A DNA stretch of 64,000 nucleotides from an uncultured Candidatus Saccharibacteria bacterium (GTDB lineage: Bacteria; Patescibacteriota; Minisyncoccia; Phycocordibacterales; DATGWK01). Both the position numbers and the translations under genes were made by a program. The stretch is taken from the NCBI GenBank assembly GCA_964428845.1, contig CAYRZH010000004.1, positions 3,228 through 67,227 of the forward strand. Reading direction: 5' to 3'. Positions 1-9,875 of this stretch are shown piece by piece; the stretch's first letter is position 1; the number at the start of each line of letters is the position of its first letter. Under the pieces are notes generated by a model. The model searched no databases. It had not been told where the DNA came from and worked only from the letters and a program-made list of their open reading frames with translations.

Positions 1-85
1 TGATTTTGACAGCATCTGCGATTATATCGATACCTCTTTTCAGAGACTTTCTTGCTTCTTCGTTAAATTTGATCTGTTTACTCAT
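1..85 (-). CDS. groEL: chaperonin GroEL, N-terminal fragment (gene continues beyond window start)
   Basis: Reverse complement of 1..85 translates [28 protein letters not shown], the canonical GroEL N-terminus. It lies immediately downstream of groES on the minus strand. Confidence 0.75.
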   Translation of the reverse strand, partial: MSKQIKFNEEARKSLKRGIDIIADAVKI

Positions 86-114
86 AGGTTTTTTGGTTTT
101 TATTAAGTCGTATG

Positions 115-486
115 TTATTTCCTAATAACGGCCAAAATATTTTCTTCTTTTATAATATAAAGTTCGCTGTCTCCATTTTTTACTTCCTCAAAGCCATACT
201 TTGAAAAAATAATTCTATCTCCAACTTTTAGCTTGATAGGAACGCGCTTGCCGTCTTCGAAGCGACCTTCCCCAACTGCCATTACAATCCCTTGTTCAGA
301 CCGCTCTTTCTCTGCAGTATCCGGGATAATAATTCCAAAAGTGCTTTTTGCTTCCAATTCAGAAGCCATGATTGGCCTTACAAGAACCCTGTCGCCGAGT
401 GGCATGATTTTTGGTTCCGCGTGAGTCTCCGTCGTTTTGGTTTCTTTCTTGGTGACTTTTTTGGCTGATTTCTTGTGTTTTTTCAT
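115..486 (-). CDS. groES: co-chaperonin GroES (10 kDa); alternative start at 405 gives a canonical 96-aa GroES
   Basis: ORF contains [11 protein letters not shown]...[10 protein letters not shown], the GroES signature. The first ATG after the predicted promoter is at 486 and adds a Lys/Thr-rich 27-aa N-terminal extension. The ATG at 405 gives standard length. Confidence 0.8.
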   Translation of the reverse strand: MKKHKKSAKKVTKKETKTTETHAEPKIMPLGDRVLVRPIMASELEAKSTFGIIIPDTAEKERSEQGIVMAVGEGRFEDGKRVPIKLKVGDRIIFSKYGFEEVKNGDSELYIIKEENILAVIRK

Positions 487-522
487 AGCGAAATTAAAAT
501 CTGACTTATAATAAGTGGACGT

Positions 523-552
523 AGTATAGGACCATTTTTCTCTTGATGTCAA
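523..552 (-). promoter_or_regulatory. sigma70-like promoter for groES-groEL (TTGACA-18-TATACT on minus strand)
   Basis: Minus strand reads TTGACAtcaagagaaaaatggtccTATACT about 35 nt upstream of the ATG at 486. No CIRCE consensus was found. Confidence 0.45.
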
Positions 553-576
553 CTCTTAGAGCAAGGCCTAGTGTTA

Positions 577-612
577 CAAAAAGAGCTGTCTATGTTTGTA
601 CATAAACAGCTC
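577..612 (-). terminator. rho-independent terminator of the DUF218 gene
   Basis: Near-perfect 13-bp inverted repeat gagctgtctatgt/acataaacagctc followed by a T-run on the minus strand, directly after the stop at 659. Confidence 0.6.
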
Positions 613-658
613 TCACCGTCCTTAAAATCTTTCTCGCATCTCGGGCTGATCCGGCTAC

Positions 659-1369
659 TCAAGTATGAAGAGGGTCCTTGAAACCTCGAAAGGGATTCGG
701 ATAAGCCGGTGAATGCCCAGCCCAAAGCTGTCCGGTTCCCAGAGTCTCTCCGACAAGAGTCGGTATCATTTCCGGCCTTCCATACAGATCCTTGAAGTAG
801 GCATTCCATCGAGGAGCATCCGCGTGTGCTAGAGCCCTTTCGACAGAAATAAACCTGGTGACATCCGGAGAAAGCGAGCGTGTGTATTCGTGGGTGAACC
901 CATCATGCCTCATCATGGCCGTTATTCTGCCAAAATGGATAAAGAGCGAAAGAACTGCGACATTTCTACCCCAACCGTAATCTCGCGCTATCGTGGCACA
1001 GAGAACTACTTGCTCTCTCGTATCAAACGCCACCGACTCTTCGATGATGACTCCCGAGGGCACCCCGAGTTCACGGAGTTCAGCCGCCATAACGCTTGAG
1101 ATTGGGGGGCCATGGCTAGCTCCACCTATGTTTGTCCGACCACCCGAAGGAACAAGAATCAACTTCGGATTGATCTGGTGAAGAACTGCGGCCGCCTGCA
1201 CCCTCTCATAACTCGGCATTGCGCCAGTTTTGTCTGTCTCTACCCCCCTAAGTGATCTCCAACCCAACCCTCCGAGATGACTCGGATCGCTTGCGGGTGT
1301 GATATCTCCGCCGAAGATGAAAACCGCCTTCAGACTCTTTACCACTTGTTCCAGCGCCTGATCTGGCAT
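659..1369 (-). CDS. DUF218 (YdcF/ElyC/SanA-like) domain protein
   Basis: 236-aa ORF with a DUF218-like layout. GGAGAGG RBS 6 nt before the ATG. GC content is higher than the flanking sequence. Confidence 0.55.
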   Translation of the reverse strand: MPDQALEQVVKSLKAVFIFGGDITPASDPSHLGGLGWRSLRGVETDKTGAMPSYERVQAAAVLHQINPKLILVPSGGRTNIGGASHGPPISSVMAAELRELGVPSGVIIEESVAFDTREQVVLCATIARDYGWGRNVAVLSLFIHFGRITAMMRHDGFTHEYTRSLSPDVTRFISVERALAHADAPRWNAYFKDLYGRPEMIPTLVGETLGTGQLWAGHSPAYPNPFRGFKDPLHT

Positions 1370-1484
1370 ACACCTCTCCTGTTGTATGTTGCGGGTTTGA
1401 ACAGCAAACCTCTAAAACTAACCATGACACAGATGAGTTTGGTTTGCAATAGATCATGTTGCACAATTAAAAAACGGTAGTATA

Positions 1485-1730
1485 ATGCTCGGAATGATGT
1501 CTTTTTTCGGTGGAGTCTTACCGTACATTCAGATTATTCTCTCGATTGTCCTCATAGGTGCCGTACTTCTTCAGAGATCAGAGTCTGGTCTCGGCAGTGG
1601 ATTCGGTGGGGATGGTTTTTCGTCTGGGCATCACGAACGCCGAGGTTTCGAAAAAACATTATTTTATTTAACAATTATTGTTGCTTGTCTGTTTGCCGTC
1701 TCCTCATTTATCACTCTCGTCGCACGATAA
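1485..1730 (+). CDS. secG: preprotein translocase subunit SecG
   Basis: 81 aa with two TM helices and the Gly-rich loop LLQRSESGLGSGFGGDGF typical of SecG. Confidence 0.75.
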   Translation: MLGMMSFFGGVLPYIQIILSIVLIGAVLLQRSESGLGSGFGGDGFSSGHHERRGFEKTLFYLTIIVACLFAVSSFITLVAR

Positions 1731-1794
1731 CTTAAAACAAAATTGGGCTTCACCCACTACTAATTGCTTAATTGCTTCCGCAGATAAATTTTAA

Positions 1795-3513
1795 ATGACA
1801 CTTAAAAATAATTGGCGTTATCCCATTCATGGTTTCGGAGAACGAGCTTACTCGGACTCATCGCAGACCGAGAGAATCCTCTTCTTTTTTATAGCGGGAG
1901 TCTGCCTTATAAGCGGCCTTCTTCTCCTTTGGAGACTCAATGATTCTTTTCTAATCGAGGTCCCAGAACGGGGAGGAACTATAAGCGAGGGTATTATCGG
2001 AATTCCGAGATTCATAAACCCGGCACTCGAAGCTTCAGACGCCGATAAAGACATGACGGCCCTAGTCTACGCCGGCCTCTTGCGCGCAACACCTGAAGGG
2101 GATTTGGTAGTAGACGCCGCAAAAGAATACTCGGTTTCTCCAGACGGCCGAACATATCACTTCGTCCTCAAAGACAACCTAGTTTTCCACGACGGCACCC
2201 CACTTACAGCCGACGACGTAGAATTCACTATCCAGAAAATCCAAGACCCAAGTATAAAAAGCCCAAAGCGTGGCACTTGGAATGATGTTGTAGTTGAGAA
2301 AATAAACTCCAAAGAAATTAAGTTTACTATAAGACAACCCTTCTCCCCCTTTATCTACAACACCACTGTGGGAATTTTGCCGAAACATATCTGGAAAGAA
2401 GTACCGACAGATGAATTTTCTTTTAGCCAATTCAACATAAACCCGGTTGGGAGCGGGCCCTATAAGATAAAAAATATCAAAAGAAATTCAATTGGACTTC
2501 CTATTTACCACCAACTTGTTTCTTTTGAAAATTACAGCCTCGGTGAACCTTTTGTAGATCGGTTTTTTGCAAACTTCTACCAAAACGAAAAGGAGCTTCT
2601 GGTTGGTTACAAACGAGGCGAGATAGACAGCCTCGGTGGAATTTCTCCCAAATACGCTCGTGATATAGAAAACAGTAGTAAGTTGGTTCTTTCTACGTTG
2701 CCACGAACTTTCGGTATCTTTTTCAACCAAAATCAGGCGGCAGTTTTTGTAAACAAAGAAGTAAGACAGGCTCTTGCTTTAGCTATAGAAAAGGACCTTA
2801 TCATAAATGAGGTGTTATATGGTTTTGGAAAGAAAATCGATGGACCTCTTTTGAGAGTTGCTGAATCAGATGAAAATGAAGCTACCACTACCCCCACCGA
2901 CAGAGCTATCGCTCTTCTCACCAAAAATGGCTGGTCTATAAACGAGAGCACTGGCGTGATGGAGAAGAAGAACAAAACTAGCACCACGATTCTTAAATTT
3001 TCCATAGAAACAAGTGATGCTCCGGAACTCAAACAAACCGCAGAAATAATAAAAGATTCTTGGAAAAAAATTGGGGCCGATGTTGACGTAAAAATATTTG
3101 AAATAAGCGATCTAAATCAAAACATCATTAGACCAAGAAAATATGATGCTTTGCTTTTCGGTGAGGTAATTGGGAGTGATAAAGATTTCTACCCTTTTTG
3201 GCACTCATCGCAAAGGATTGATCCAGGCCTAAACATTGCTCTCTACACAAATATTAAAACAGACAAGCTACTCGAAGAAATACGAGTTGCTCTCGACAAA
3301 AAAGTACGGGAAGAAAAACTCGACGAATTCGAAAAGATCGTCAAGGAAGATAGCCCCGTCGCTTTTATTTATGCTCCAGAATTTATTTATATAGTTCCGA
3401 AAACAGTCAAAAACGTGAGGCTGGGTGAAATTAGCAATTCTGGGGAAAGATTTTTGAATGTACACGAATGGTATATAGATACAAATAAAGTGTGGAAAAT
3501 ATTTACTCAATAA
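1795..3513 (+). CDS. ABC transporter substrate-binding protein, family 5 (peptide/nickel, OppA/DppA-like)
   Basis: 572 aa with an N-terminal TM/signal anchor and the SBP_bac_5 motif VFHDGTPLTADDVEFT. Confidence 0.8.
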   Translation: MTLKNNWRYPIHGFGERAYSDSSQTERILFFFIAGVCLISGLLLLWRLNDSFLIEVPERGGTISEGIIGIPRFINPALEASDADKDMTALVYAGLLRATPEGDLVVDAAKEYSVSPDGRTYHFVLKDNLVFHDGTPLTADDVEFTIQKIQDPSIKSPKRGTWNDVVVEKINSKEIKFTIRQPFSPFIYNTTVGILPKHIWKEVPTDEFSFSQFNINPVGSGPYKIKNIKRNSIGLPIYHQLVSFENYSLGEPFVDRFFANFYQNEKELLVGYKRGEIDSLGGISPKYARDIENSSKLVLSTLPRTFGIFFNQNQAAVFVNKEVRQALALAIEKDLIINEVLYGFGKKIDGPLLRVAESDENEATTTPTDRAIALLTKNGWSINESTGVMEKKNKTSTTILKFSIETSDAPELKQTAEIIKDSWKKIGADVDVKIFEISDLNQNIIRPRKYDALLFGEVIGSDKDFYPFWHSSQRIDPGLNIALYTNIKTDKLLEEIRVALDKKVREEKLDEFEKIVKEDSPVAFIYAPEFIYIVPKTVKNVRLGEISNSGERFLNVHEWYIDTNKVWKIFTQ

Positions 3514-3522
3514 AACAACAAA

Positions 3523-5373
3523 ATGGACCCAAAACAAACAATGGGAACTACCGAACCGACAATGCGCCCCATGAGGCGAGGTCGAATTTCTAATATGAGA
3601 CGCCCAATGCGACCAAGATTCAATAATAGAGGAGGACCTCCAGGTGGACGCAGAAGAGACGAGCCGCTTCAACGCAAGGAGGATTACAAAATTCCACCAC
3701 CCGGTGAAAACATAAGAATCATTCCTTTGGGAGGCGTGGAAGAAATCGGCAAAAACATGATGGTCATCGAATACAAAGATGACATTATAGTCGTCGATGC
3801 CGGTATAAAATTCACCGACGAAGAAACCCCGGGAATAGATTACATTCTTCCCAACACAAAATATCTTGAGGAGAACCGATCAAAGATCCGAGCTCTCGTC
3901 ATAACCCACGGTCATTTGGACCACATCGGCGGTATCCCCTATCTCATTGATCGACTCGGCAATCCGCCCATATACACTCGAGAATTCGGAGCTTTGCTTA
4001 TAAAAAAGCGCCAGGAGGAATTCCAACATTTGGCCCCCTTAAATATAAAAATCGTCGAGCAAAACGACGGAGCTCTTCCTATTACTAAAGATATAAAAAT
4101 ACGCTTCTTTGGTCTTACCCATTCTATTCCAGACTCAACTGGCGTGATCATCGAAACCCCTTTCGGCGACATCGTAAACACCGGTGACGTACGAGTAGAC
4201 AATGTAGACGGTGTTCCCACAGAAAAAGAGATCGAGCAATACAAGTTTTTCAAAGACAGAAATATTTTGCTACTTACTATGGATTCCACCGGTATCGAAA
4301 AACCCGGCTTCTCCCTTTCTGAAGAGACAGTTATAAATACTATAGACAAAATCGTCGGTGGAGTACCAGGAAGAATCCTTATTGCAACTTTTGCTTCCCA
4401 AGTAGAGCGCATCATTGAGTTTCTAAAGATGGCCAAAAAATATGGCAAAAAGGTTGTTGTCGAGGGCAGAAGCATGAAGACCAATGTTGAGATTATCAGA
4501 CATCTGGGACTTGTAGATGTTGAACATATCATTCCGATCGAAGAAATAGAGAGTTATCCTCCCCACAAAATCATGATTATAGCGACTGGCGCCCAGGGAG
4601 AAGAATTTGCTGCACTCATGAGAATGTCAAACAAGACCCACAAATATATAAGACTAAATAAAACAGACACAATCATTCTTTCGTCTTCGGTCATCCCAGG
4701 AAACGAAAAAGCCATCACCAAACTAAAAGATAATCTTTTCCGCCACGATGCCCACATCATCACCTATCTCGACTCTGATGTACACGCAAGCGGTCACGGG
4801 AAACGCGGTGAACTAGAATGGATCCACAGGCAGATCCCGTACAAGTTCTTTATGCCTGTTCATGGGCACCACTACATGCTTAAAATGCACGCCGAACTGG
4901 CTCTCAATCGAGGTGTTTCAAGCAACAACATTATTGTCCCAGACAACGGCAGTATCATAGAAATAAAAGATAAGGGACAAAAAATAGAGCTTTTGAAAGA
5001 AAAGGCACCTTCAGACGACATGATGGTTGAAGGATTTAACATCGGAGATATCCAGGAAGTAGTCATCCGCGACCGTAAGATGCTTGCCGAAGATGGAATG
5101 TTCGTAATTATCGCAAGCATCGATGCCAAAACTGGCAAACTAAGGAAATCCCCAGACATAATTTCTAGAGGATTTGTCTACTTGAGGGAATCACAAGACT
5201 TATTGCAACAAAGCCGAATTCTTATAAAAAAGACTATTGAAAATGCAACAATGGGTATGAACCCTATCAACTTCGAATACGTAAAATCAAACGTAACCGA
5301 TGCGGTCAGTCGCTTCTTGTTTCAGAAAACCGCCAAAAAACCGATTGTTATCCCAGTAGTGCTCGGAATGTAG
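3523..5373 (+). CDS. rnj: ribonuclease J (metallo-beta-lactamase/beta-CASP RNase) with an Arg/Pro-rich N-terminal extension
   Basis: HGHLDHIGG metal-binding motif and beta-CASP architecture over 616 aa. The N-terminal ~60 aa are RRxxRP low-complexity. Confidence 0.85.
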   Translation: MDPKQTMGTTEPTMRPMRRGRISNMRRPMRPRFNNRGGPPGGRRRDEPLQRKEDYKIPPPGENIRIIPLGGVEEIGKNMMVIEYKDDIIVVDAGIKFTDEETPGIDYILPNTKYLEENRSKIRALVITHGHLDHIGGIPYLIDRLGNPPIYTREFGALLIKKRQEEFQHLAPLNIKIVEQNDGALPITKDIKIRFFGLTHSIPDSTGVIIETPFGDIVNTGDVRVDNVDGVPTEKEIEQYKFFKDRNILLLTMDSTGIEKPGFSLSEETVINTIDKIVGGVPGRILIATFASQVERIIEFLKMAKKYGKKVVVEGRSMKTNVEIIRHLGLVDVEHIIPIEEIESYPPHKIMIIATGAQGEEFAALMRMSNKTHKYIRLNKTDTIILSSSVIPGNEKAITKLKDNLFRHDAHIITYLDSDVHASGHGKRGELEWIHRQIPYKFFMPVHGHHYMLKMHAELALNRGVSSNNIIVPDNGSIIEIKDKGQKIELLKEKAPSDDMMVEGFNIGDIQEVVIRDRKMLAEDGMFVIIASIDAKTGKLRKSPDIISRGFVYLRESQDLLQQSRILIKKTIENATMGMNPINFEYVKSNVTDAVSRFLFQKTAKKPIVIPVVLGM

Positions 5374-5536
5374 TTGATGTAGTCGGCGCCGCGGGAGAAA
5401 GCCGCGAGAAAAATTTACCAAAGAATGCGAGGTTCTCGCCAAAAGAAAAGCCCCACGCGCGGCAAGCGGCGGGGCCGGAGGTTTTTGAGGGGTCCTTTCC
5501 CTTTTTTCTGGCTCGCACTTTCTAGCTCGCCTCGTC

Positions 5537-6415
5537 CTAGATGCCCCAGATATCACCTGGGGGGACTTCGCTGTGGACTTCGCTTGTGATGGAGCGTTTC
5601 CTGTATACTCCGGGCTGGATAGTATCGTAGCGCCTCCAGAGAAAACTGACTTTGTCCACCCACACGACCTCCCAGATGATCTCCTGAAGTCCATCGGCCT
5701 CGATTACCAACTTGGAGCGAAACACGTAGCAGTCATGACCGCCCTCGATGGCGTCAGCTTCCTGTTCCCCGTTCGCGATCTTGTTTCTGAACGACCTGGC
5801 CTTGTCGAGGGGCTGACCCTCTTCGACACCAACCCAACTGTACTGATGTGAACCGATGAAGCACTCTTCTTCGAAATGGTTTTCCAGCGTATCGGTCCCA
5901 TGTGGGTAGTCGCTGTCAGATTGAGACAGTGGTCCGTCCCCCATTCTCTCGCTGATTATCCCATCCACGAGAGAGACAGCGAAGATGCGCTCCCCTCTCT
6001 TGAAGAGAATCGTCCTGAAAGCGTTCTTGGCCGACCTGAAATCGATAACGACTGGCTCTGTGCCACCCACAACTGGATAATCGCCATCCTCGGTCCGAAT
6101 CGACTCTACCTTGATCGTAGCCGTGAAATAGGGCGCGTTACGAAGAGTCTCCTCGGCACGCTGGGCGATCTCCTCCTTCGAGGGTCGCTCGGGCAACAAG
6201 GGCTGTTCGGGCACGATAGCTTCAGGACTGATAGCGACAGGGACATCGGTAGAAACAGTGAGTGTGGGCTGGGTCATTCCCTCGGTAGCACAGGCTGGCA
6301 AAAGCAGCATGAGCACCAGAGCCACCGAGGTTGAAAGAAGGCTGGCGAAGATTCTGCGAAAAAGATCAACACGACCTGCGTCGACTTCTGCCTGCGATTT
6401 CAACGTATGGGACAA
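5537..6415 (-). CDS. hypothetical lipoprotein (signal peptide with LPAC lipobox); GC-rich
   Basis: Strong AGGAGGTG RBS followed by a TTG start (revcomp of 6413-6415). Translation gives FRRIFASLLSTSVALVLMLLLPAC and then a secreted domain. The ORF-track ATG at 6532 has no RBS. Confidence 0.5.
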   Translation of the reverse strand: MSHTLKSQAEVDAGRVDLFRRIFASLLSTSVALVLMLLLPACATEGMTQPTLTVSTDVPVAISPEAIVPEQPLLPERPSKEEIAQRAEETLRNAPYFTATIKVESIRTEDGDYPVVGGTEPVVIDFRSAKNAFRTILFKRGERIFAVSLVDGIISERMGDGPLSQSDSDYPHGTDTLENHFEEECFIGSHQYSWVGVEEGQPLDKARSFRNKIANGEQEADAIEGGHDCYVFRSKLVIEADGLQEIIWEVVWVDKVSFLWRRYDTIQPGVYRKRSITSEVHSEVPPGDIWGI

Positions 6416-6662
6416 GGAGCACCTCCTGTGAATGGTTTTTGGTGGGATGAGCGAACTAGTGACAAAAAACTTTCCACCTTCAAAATATACTGATATTGGC
6501 TTCTTGTCAACTTCGCGCACGGGAATTTTCATTGCTTCAATTGCATTTCAAAGCGGAATTTTCACTACATATAAACGCAACAAAATACAAAGAAAAAGAC
6601 CCCTCGATAGCGAAGGGTCTGGAGGATCGAACTGAACTTGTCTTGTGACTACTTGCCCTCGG

Positions 6663-7349
6663 TCACCGGCGTAGCACGACAGCGGGATTGTTCCAAGTGT
6701 AGATGGGGTAGAAAGCCAGAATCTGGTGATCCCTCATGACCTGGACCGTGGCACGCCACTGGCAGTACGCCAGAACCGCACCCGGGTTCAAGGAGCAGCC
6801 GATACCAGGATCATCACACTCGGGGTTGGTACAAACCCGCCTGACAACAATCAGCGGATCCCCACCCCAGCACCGGCAGACAGCGACGGTAGTGCTGTCA
6901 CCACCACCGAGAGAGCCCAGGGTGATCCGGAGACCACCAAAGCCCTCGAGACCAGAGATCTGAATGACGATGTTCTGGTTGTCGTCGAGACCGAGGACGA
7001 GGTGGACAGCTCTGCCCGAACCGCCCGACACCAAACCGTCGATCGTGATGCTGTTGCTCGCGTAGGAGATTCCGGTTGTTGTGACGGGCAAGCCGTTCAC
7101 AAACACAATCGGGAAACGGTTCATCCAGAAGACGGCAACATGAGAACTGCTGCCGCTGACTGTGTCGAGGAGCTTCGCGCTGAAGATCTCCGGACCGAAG
7201 CTGTCGAGCACGGTGTAGACAGAGGATTGCGATTTCTCTGTGCTCGACGAATCATCCAGGGCTACAGCCCGAGGGGTCAACACGACGAGTGCGACCAGGG
7301 CAGTGGCCAGTAACACAAACAGCCTTCTCGTGCGAACGATGCCAACCAT
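6663..7349 (-). CDS. hypothetical secreted protein (signal peptide); GC-rich
   Basis: RBS aagggggcc then ATG giving MVGIVRTRRLFVLLATALVALVVLTPRAVA. The mature part is Gly/Ser/Thr-rich with no recognisable domain. Confidence 0.5.
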   Translation of the reverse strand: MVGIVRTRRLFVLLATALVALVVLTPRAVALDDSSSTEKSQSSVYTVLDSFGPEIFSAKLLDTVSGSSSHVAVFWMNRFPIVFVNGLPVTTTGISYASNSITIDGLVSGGSGRAVHLVLGLDDNQNIVIQISGLEGFGGLRITLGSLGGGDSTTVAVCRCWGGDPLIVVRRVCTNPECDDPGIGCSLNPGAVLAYCQWRATVQVMRDHQILAFYPIYTWNNPAVVLRR

Positions 7350-7493
7350 AGGGCCCCCTTTCTTTTTGGGCGGTGACAGGAAAGACAATGAACAAATCCT
7401 AGATTTAGAATATACCTAATATAACTATCCCGTCAAATACCTTCAGCACCACGGAAAATTAGATCAGAAATACTTGCTATAATAGACCGATAT

Positions 7494-8636
7494 ATGCTCC
7501 GAAATATTTACACCTCGACAGCAATTTTTGCCTTTCATTCATGCTTGATTCTCTACATTAACTCCTCGTTTTTGGGAAAATTTTTTGACAATGCAGCACT
7601 TGGAGTCATCTACATCGTCGGGGCAATTATAAATATTATACTTCTTGTCTCTCTACCGAGGATTATTGGAAATTTTGGGGTCCACAGGGTCCTTTTACTC
7701 TTTATTCTTCTCGAAGGCATAGCAACACTTGGCATGGTGTTCGCGAACTCCCCATTCTTTGCGGCCTCTTCGTTTACCCTGCATCAAGCAATGATAATCA
7801 TGATTCTTTTCTTGTTCGATGAATATCTAGAATATGCATCTAAGAAAGAAGGCTTTACGGGTAGAATTCGCTCGGCTTATCTCACAATATCGAGCACAGT
7901 TCTTGTGGTATCCCCCACCCTCGCTGGCGCAATCGCTGGCGGTCCGCATGGTTTCGATGCGGTATACATGCTGTCATCCTTCTTTCTCATACCGTTATTT
8001 TTCATAGTCTGGAGAAATCTTCGCTTTAAAGAAAGTAGCCAATCTTATGATGGCATAAGAAAAGCAATCGTTCATTGCCTCAAAGATAAAAATTCCCTCA
8101 CAATTGTTCTTTGTAGGTTTACACTAGAATCTTTTTACGCATGGATGGTCATCTATATGGCCATCTATCTCGTACAGACTGTCGGCTTCGAGTGGAAAGA
8201 GGTTGGTTCGATTTTTACCATCATGCTTTTGCCATTTGTACTTTTTGAAATACCTCTTGGAAATCTCTCAGACCGATCTTGGGGAGAAAAAGAGATTATT
8301 ATAATAGGTTTTTCGATAATAGCCCTTTCCACATTTTTTATCCCATTCATCGCTGGAGCAAGTTTTTTCCTATGGGCAAGCATACTTTTTCTAACACGAG
8401 TTGGGGCAAGCTTTGCAGAAATAGGTACGGAGAGTTTCTTTTTCAAACACGTAAAAGGGAAAGATGCTGGAATGATAAGCCTTTATCGGGCAACCAAACC
8501 TTTTTCATATATCGCTTCACCGGCGATCGCCACAATAACTTTTTCATTACTTTCTTATCAAAATTCCTTTTTTGTTCTTGCGGTATTTGCACTATGTGGA
8601 TCATTTGCCGCTCTAAAACTAAAAGATACGAGATAG
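7494..8636 (+). CDS. multi-pass membrane transporter, MFS-like
   Basis: 380 aa and ~10-12 hydrophobic segments. TTGCTATAAT promoter upstream. Confidence 0.5.
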   Translation: MLRNIYTSTAIFAFHSCLILYINSSFLGKFFDNAALGVIYIVGAIINIILLVSLPRIIGNFGVHRVLLLFILLEGIATLGMVFANSPFFAASSFTLHQAMIIMILFLFDEYLEYASKKEGFTGRIRSAYLTISSTVLVVSPTLAGAIAGGPHGFDAVYMLSSFFLIPLFFIVWRNLRFKESSQSYDGIRKAIVHCLKDKNSLTIVLCRFTLESFYAWMVIYMAIYLVQTVGFEWKEVGSIFTIMLLPFVLFEIPLGNLSDRSWGEKEIIIIGFSIIALSTFFIPFIAGASFFLWASILFLTRVGASFAEIGTESFFFKHVKGKDAGMISLYRATKPFSYIASPAIATITFSLLSYQNSFFVLAVFALCGSFAALKLKDTR

Positions 8637-8659
8637 CTACTACTTTCGGTTTTGTATGT

Positions 8660-8947
8660 GGATAACTTTATTGTGGTACCTGCATCTGGGTATAAACTTA
8701 AGAGCAGATCGAGGAGGTTGACTCACCTCCCACAGAAGTTCCTTCGCTTCGGGCGATGCACCTTCCCGGCTTCTCTCCTCTCTCCTCCGCGGGGCAGTGC
8801 CCAAAGGCAATGCCCCGTTTTGCTTGAAAGACTCGTCTCCCTCACCAACTGGCGCCCGTGCCGGCAACGTTATGGGCGCCATTGCCCTAGTGCACGTCTT
8901 CTTCTTTCTCCAGGACCCCCGCTGTGTAGGCGGGGGTCTTTTTTTCT
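8660..8947 (+). ncRNA. unassigned GC-rich structured RNA candidate ending in an intrinsic terminator
   Basis: ~285-nt GC-rich non-coding stretch in an AT-rich genome. Long-range complementarity (ggcaatgcc 8808.. pairs with cattgcc 8881..; ggcgcc...ggcgcc hairpin). Terminates with gacccccgc-tgtgtag-gcgggggtc plus T7 (8915-8947). No protein-like ORF. I could not match RNase P, tmRNA, SRP or 6S consensus by eye. Confidence 0.4.
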
Positions 8948-9712
8948 CTAGATTTTCAAAAGTTCTAGGCACAGAAAAAGTGGTAATTCTTTTCTCATTC
9001 TGTCTTCTTCTTTCTGCCTAGGACCGGGCTGGCTTTTCTTATGCGAAATCCATTCCTCAAGACGAGATACGACGAAGCCAGAGTTTCTAAAGATTTTAAA
9101 ATAAAACTGAAGTGGACGATGAAAAGATATCGTAAACTTCTCGGGGCCTTTTCTTCCTGGCGTCATATTTATTTCCTCCTTCAATTCTGACATGTAGGCA
9201 CTTATGTTTCTGTGCTGCTTGGTGCCCCCATCATCCCACCCCCAAGAAGAAGCTTTCGGAATACGAAAAGCGGGATGGTTCATGACTATCACTAGTTTCC
9301 CACCTGGTTTGAGTGCCTTGTTACAATTTTTGATGGTTGTCCTAACATCCTCTATATTTTGAACAGCCAGTACGATAACAGCTTTATCAAAATTCTCCAG
9401 AGACGATGGTAATTTTTCGACTCGAGAAACAATAAATTTAAGTCCTGGATTTGAACCATACCGTTTCTTTGCCGCACCGATAAGCTCTTCGGATACGTCC
9501 ACACCGACGACCTCTGCCCCGGCGTGAGTGAATTCGTCAGCAAAAAAACCATTGCCACAGGCGACATCAAGCACTTTGTCTCCCTTATTTATATCAAGTA
9601 CTCGTAGAAGATTTGGGAGAATAACCTGTCTTTGAAACGAGTCCTCATTGTGAGATAAGAGATCATCATACCAGGAAGACACCTCACCCCAAGATGTGTC
9701 ATTTTTACTCAT
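8948..9712 (-). CDS. class I SAM-dependent methyltransferase
   Basis: Motif I VLDVACGNGFF and a Rossmann-like layout over 254 aa. Confidence 0.75.
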   Translation of the reverse strand: MSKNDTSWGEVSSWYDDLLSHNEDSFQRQVILPNLLRVLDINKGDKVLDVACGNGFFADEFTHAGAEVVGVDVSEELIGAAKKRYGSNPGLKFIVSRVEKLPSSLENFDKAVIVLAVQNIEDVRTTIKNCNKALKPGGKLVIVMNHPAFRIPKASSWGWDDGGTKQHRNISAYMSELKEEINMTPGRKGPEKFTISFHRPLQFYFKIFRNSGFVVSRLEEWISHKKSQPGPRQKEEDRMRKELPLFLCLELLKI

Positions 9713-9875
9713 AAATTATTGTGGTATATCGAAATATAGCACCAAACCATAAAAATATGAATTATTAAGGATTTATCCCCACCATTTCCCCAACTACCAA
9801 TTTTGAAGGCGAAAAACAGAGCTTTAAAATTGTTGTCAGGTATTAACAACAAATTTAACTACCCTGTTTCCCCAC

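Noticed and set aside
487-660. CIRCE/HrcA operator upstream of groES
   Set aside because: The palindrome present (gagctgtctatgt/acataaacagctc) does not match TTAGCACTC-N9-GAGTGCTAA and is followed by a T-run. It is better explained as the terminator of the upstream gene.
6726-7313. 195-aa plus-strand ORF inside the GC-rich secreted-protein gene
   Set aside because: Antisense shadow ORF. The minus-strand frame has an RBS and a signal peptide.
8660-8947. Assignment of GC-rich RNA candidates to RNase P, tmRNA, SRP or 6S RNA
   Set aside because: I could not find the P4 strands, the tmRNA resume-codon/ALAA-type tag with T-arm, or the SRP domain IV consensus by eye in any of the three regions (8.7, 11.4, 13.2 kb). 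They are left unassigned rather than named.
8652-8951. 99-aa plus-strand ORF (and 110-aa minus ORF) over the GC-rich region
   Set aside because: Arg/Pro-rich nonsense translation typical of GC-rich non-coding sequence, with no RBS. Treated as a structured RNA region instead.
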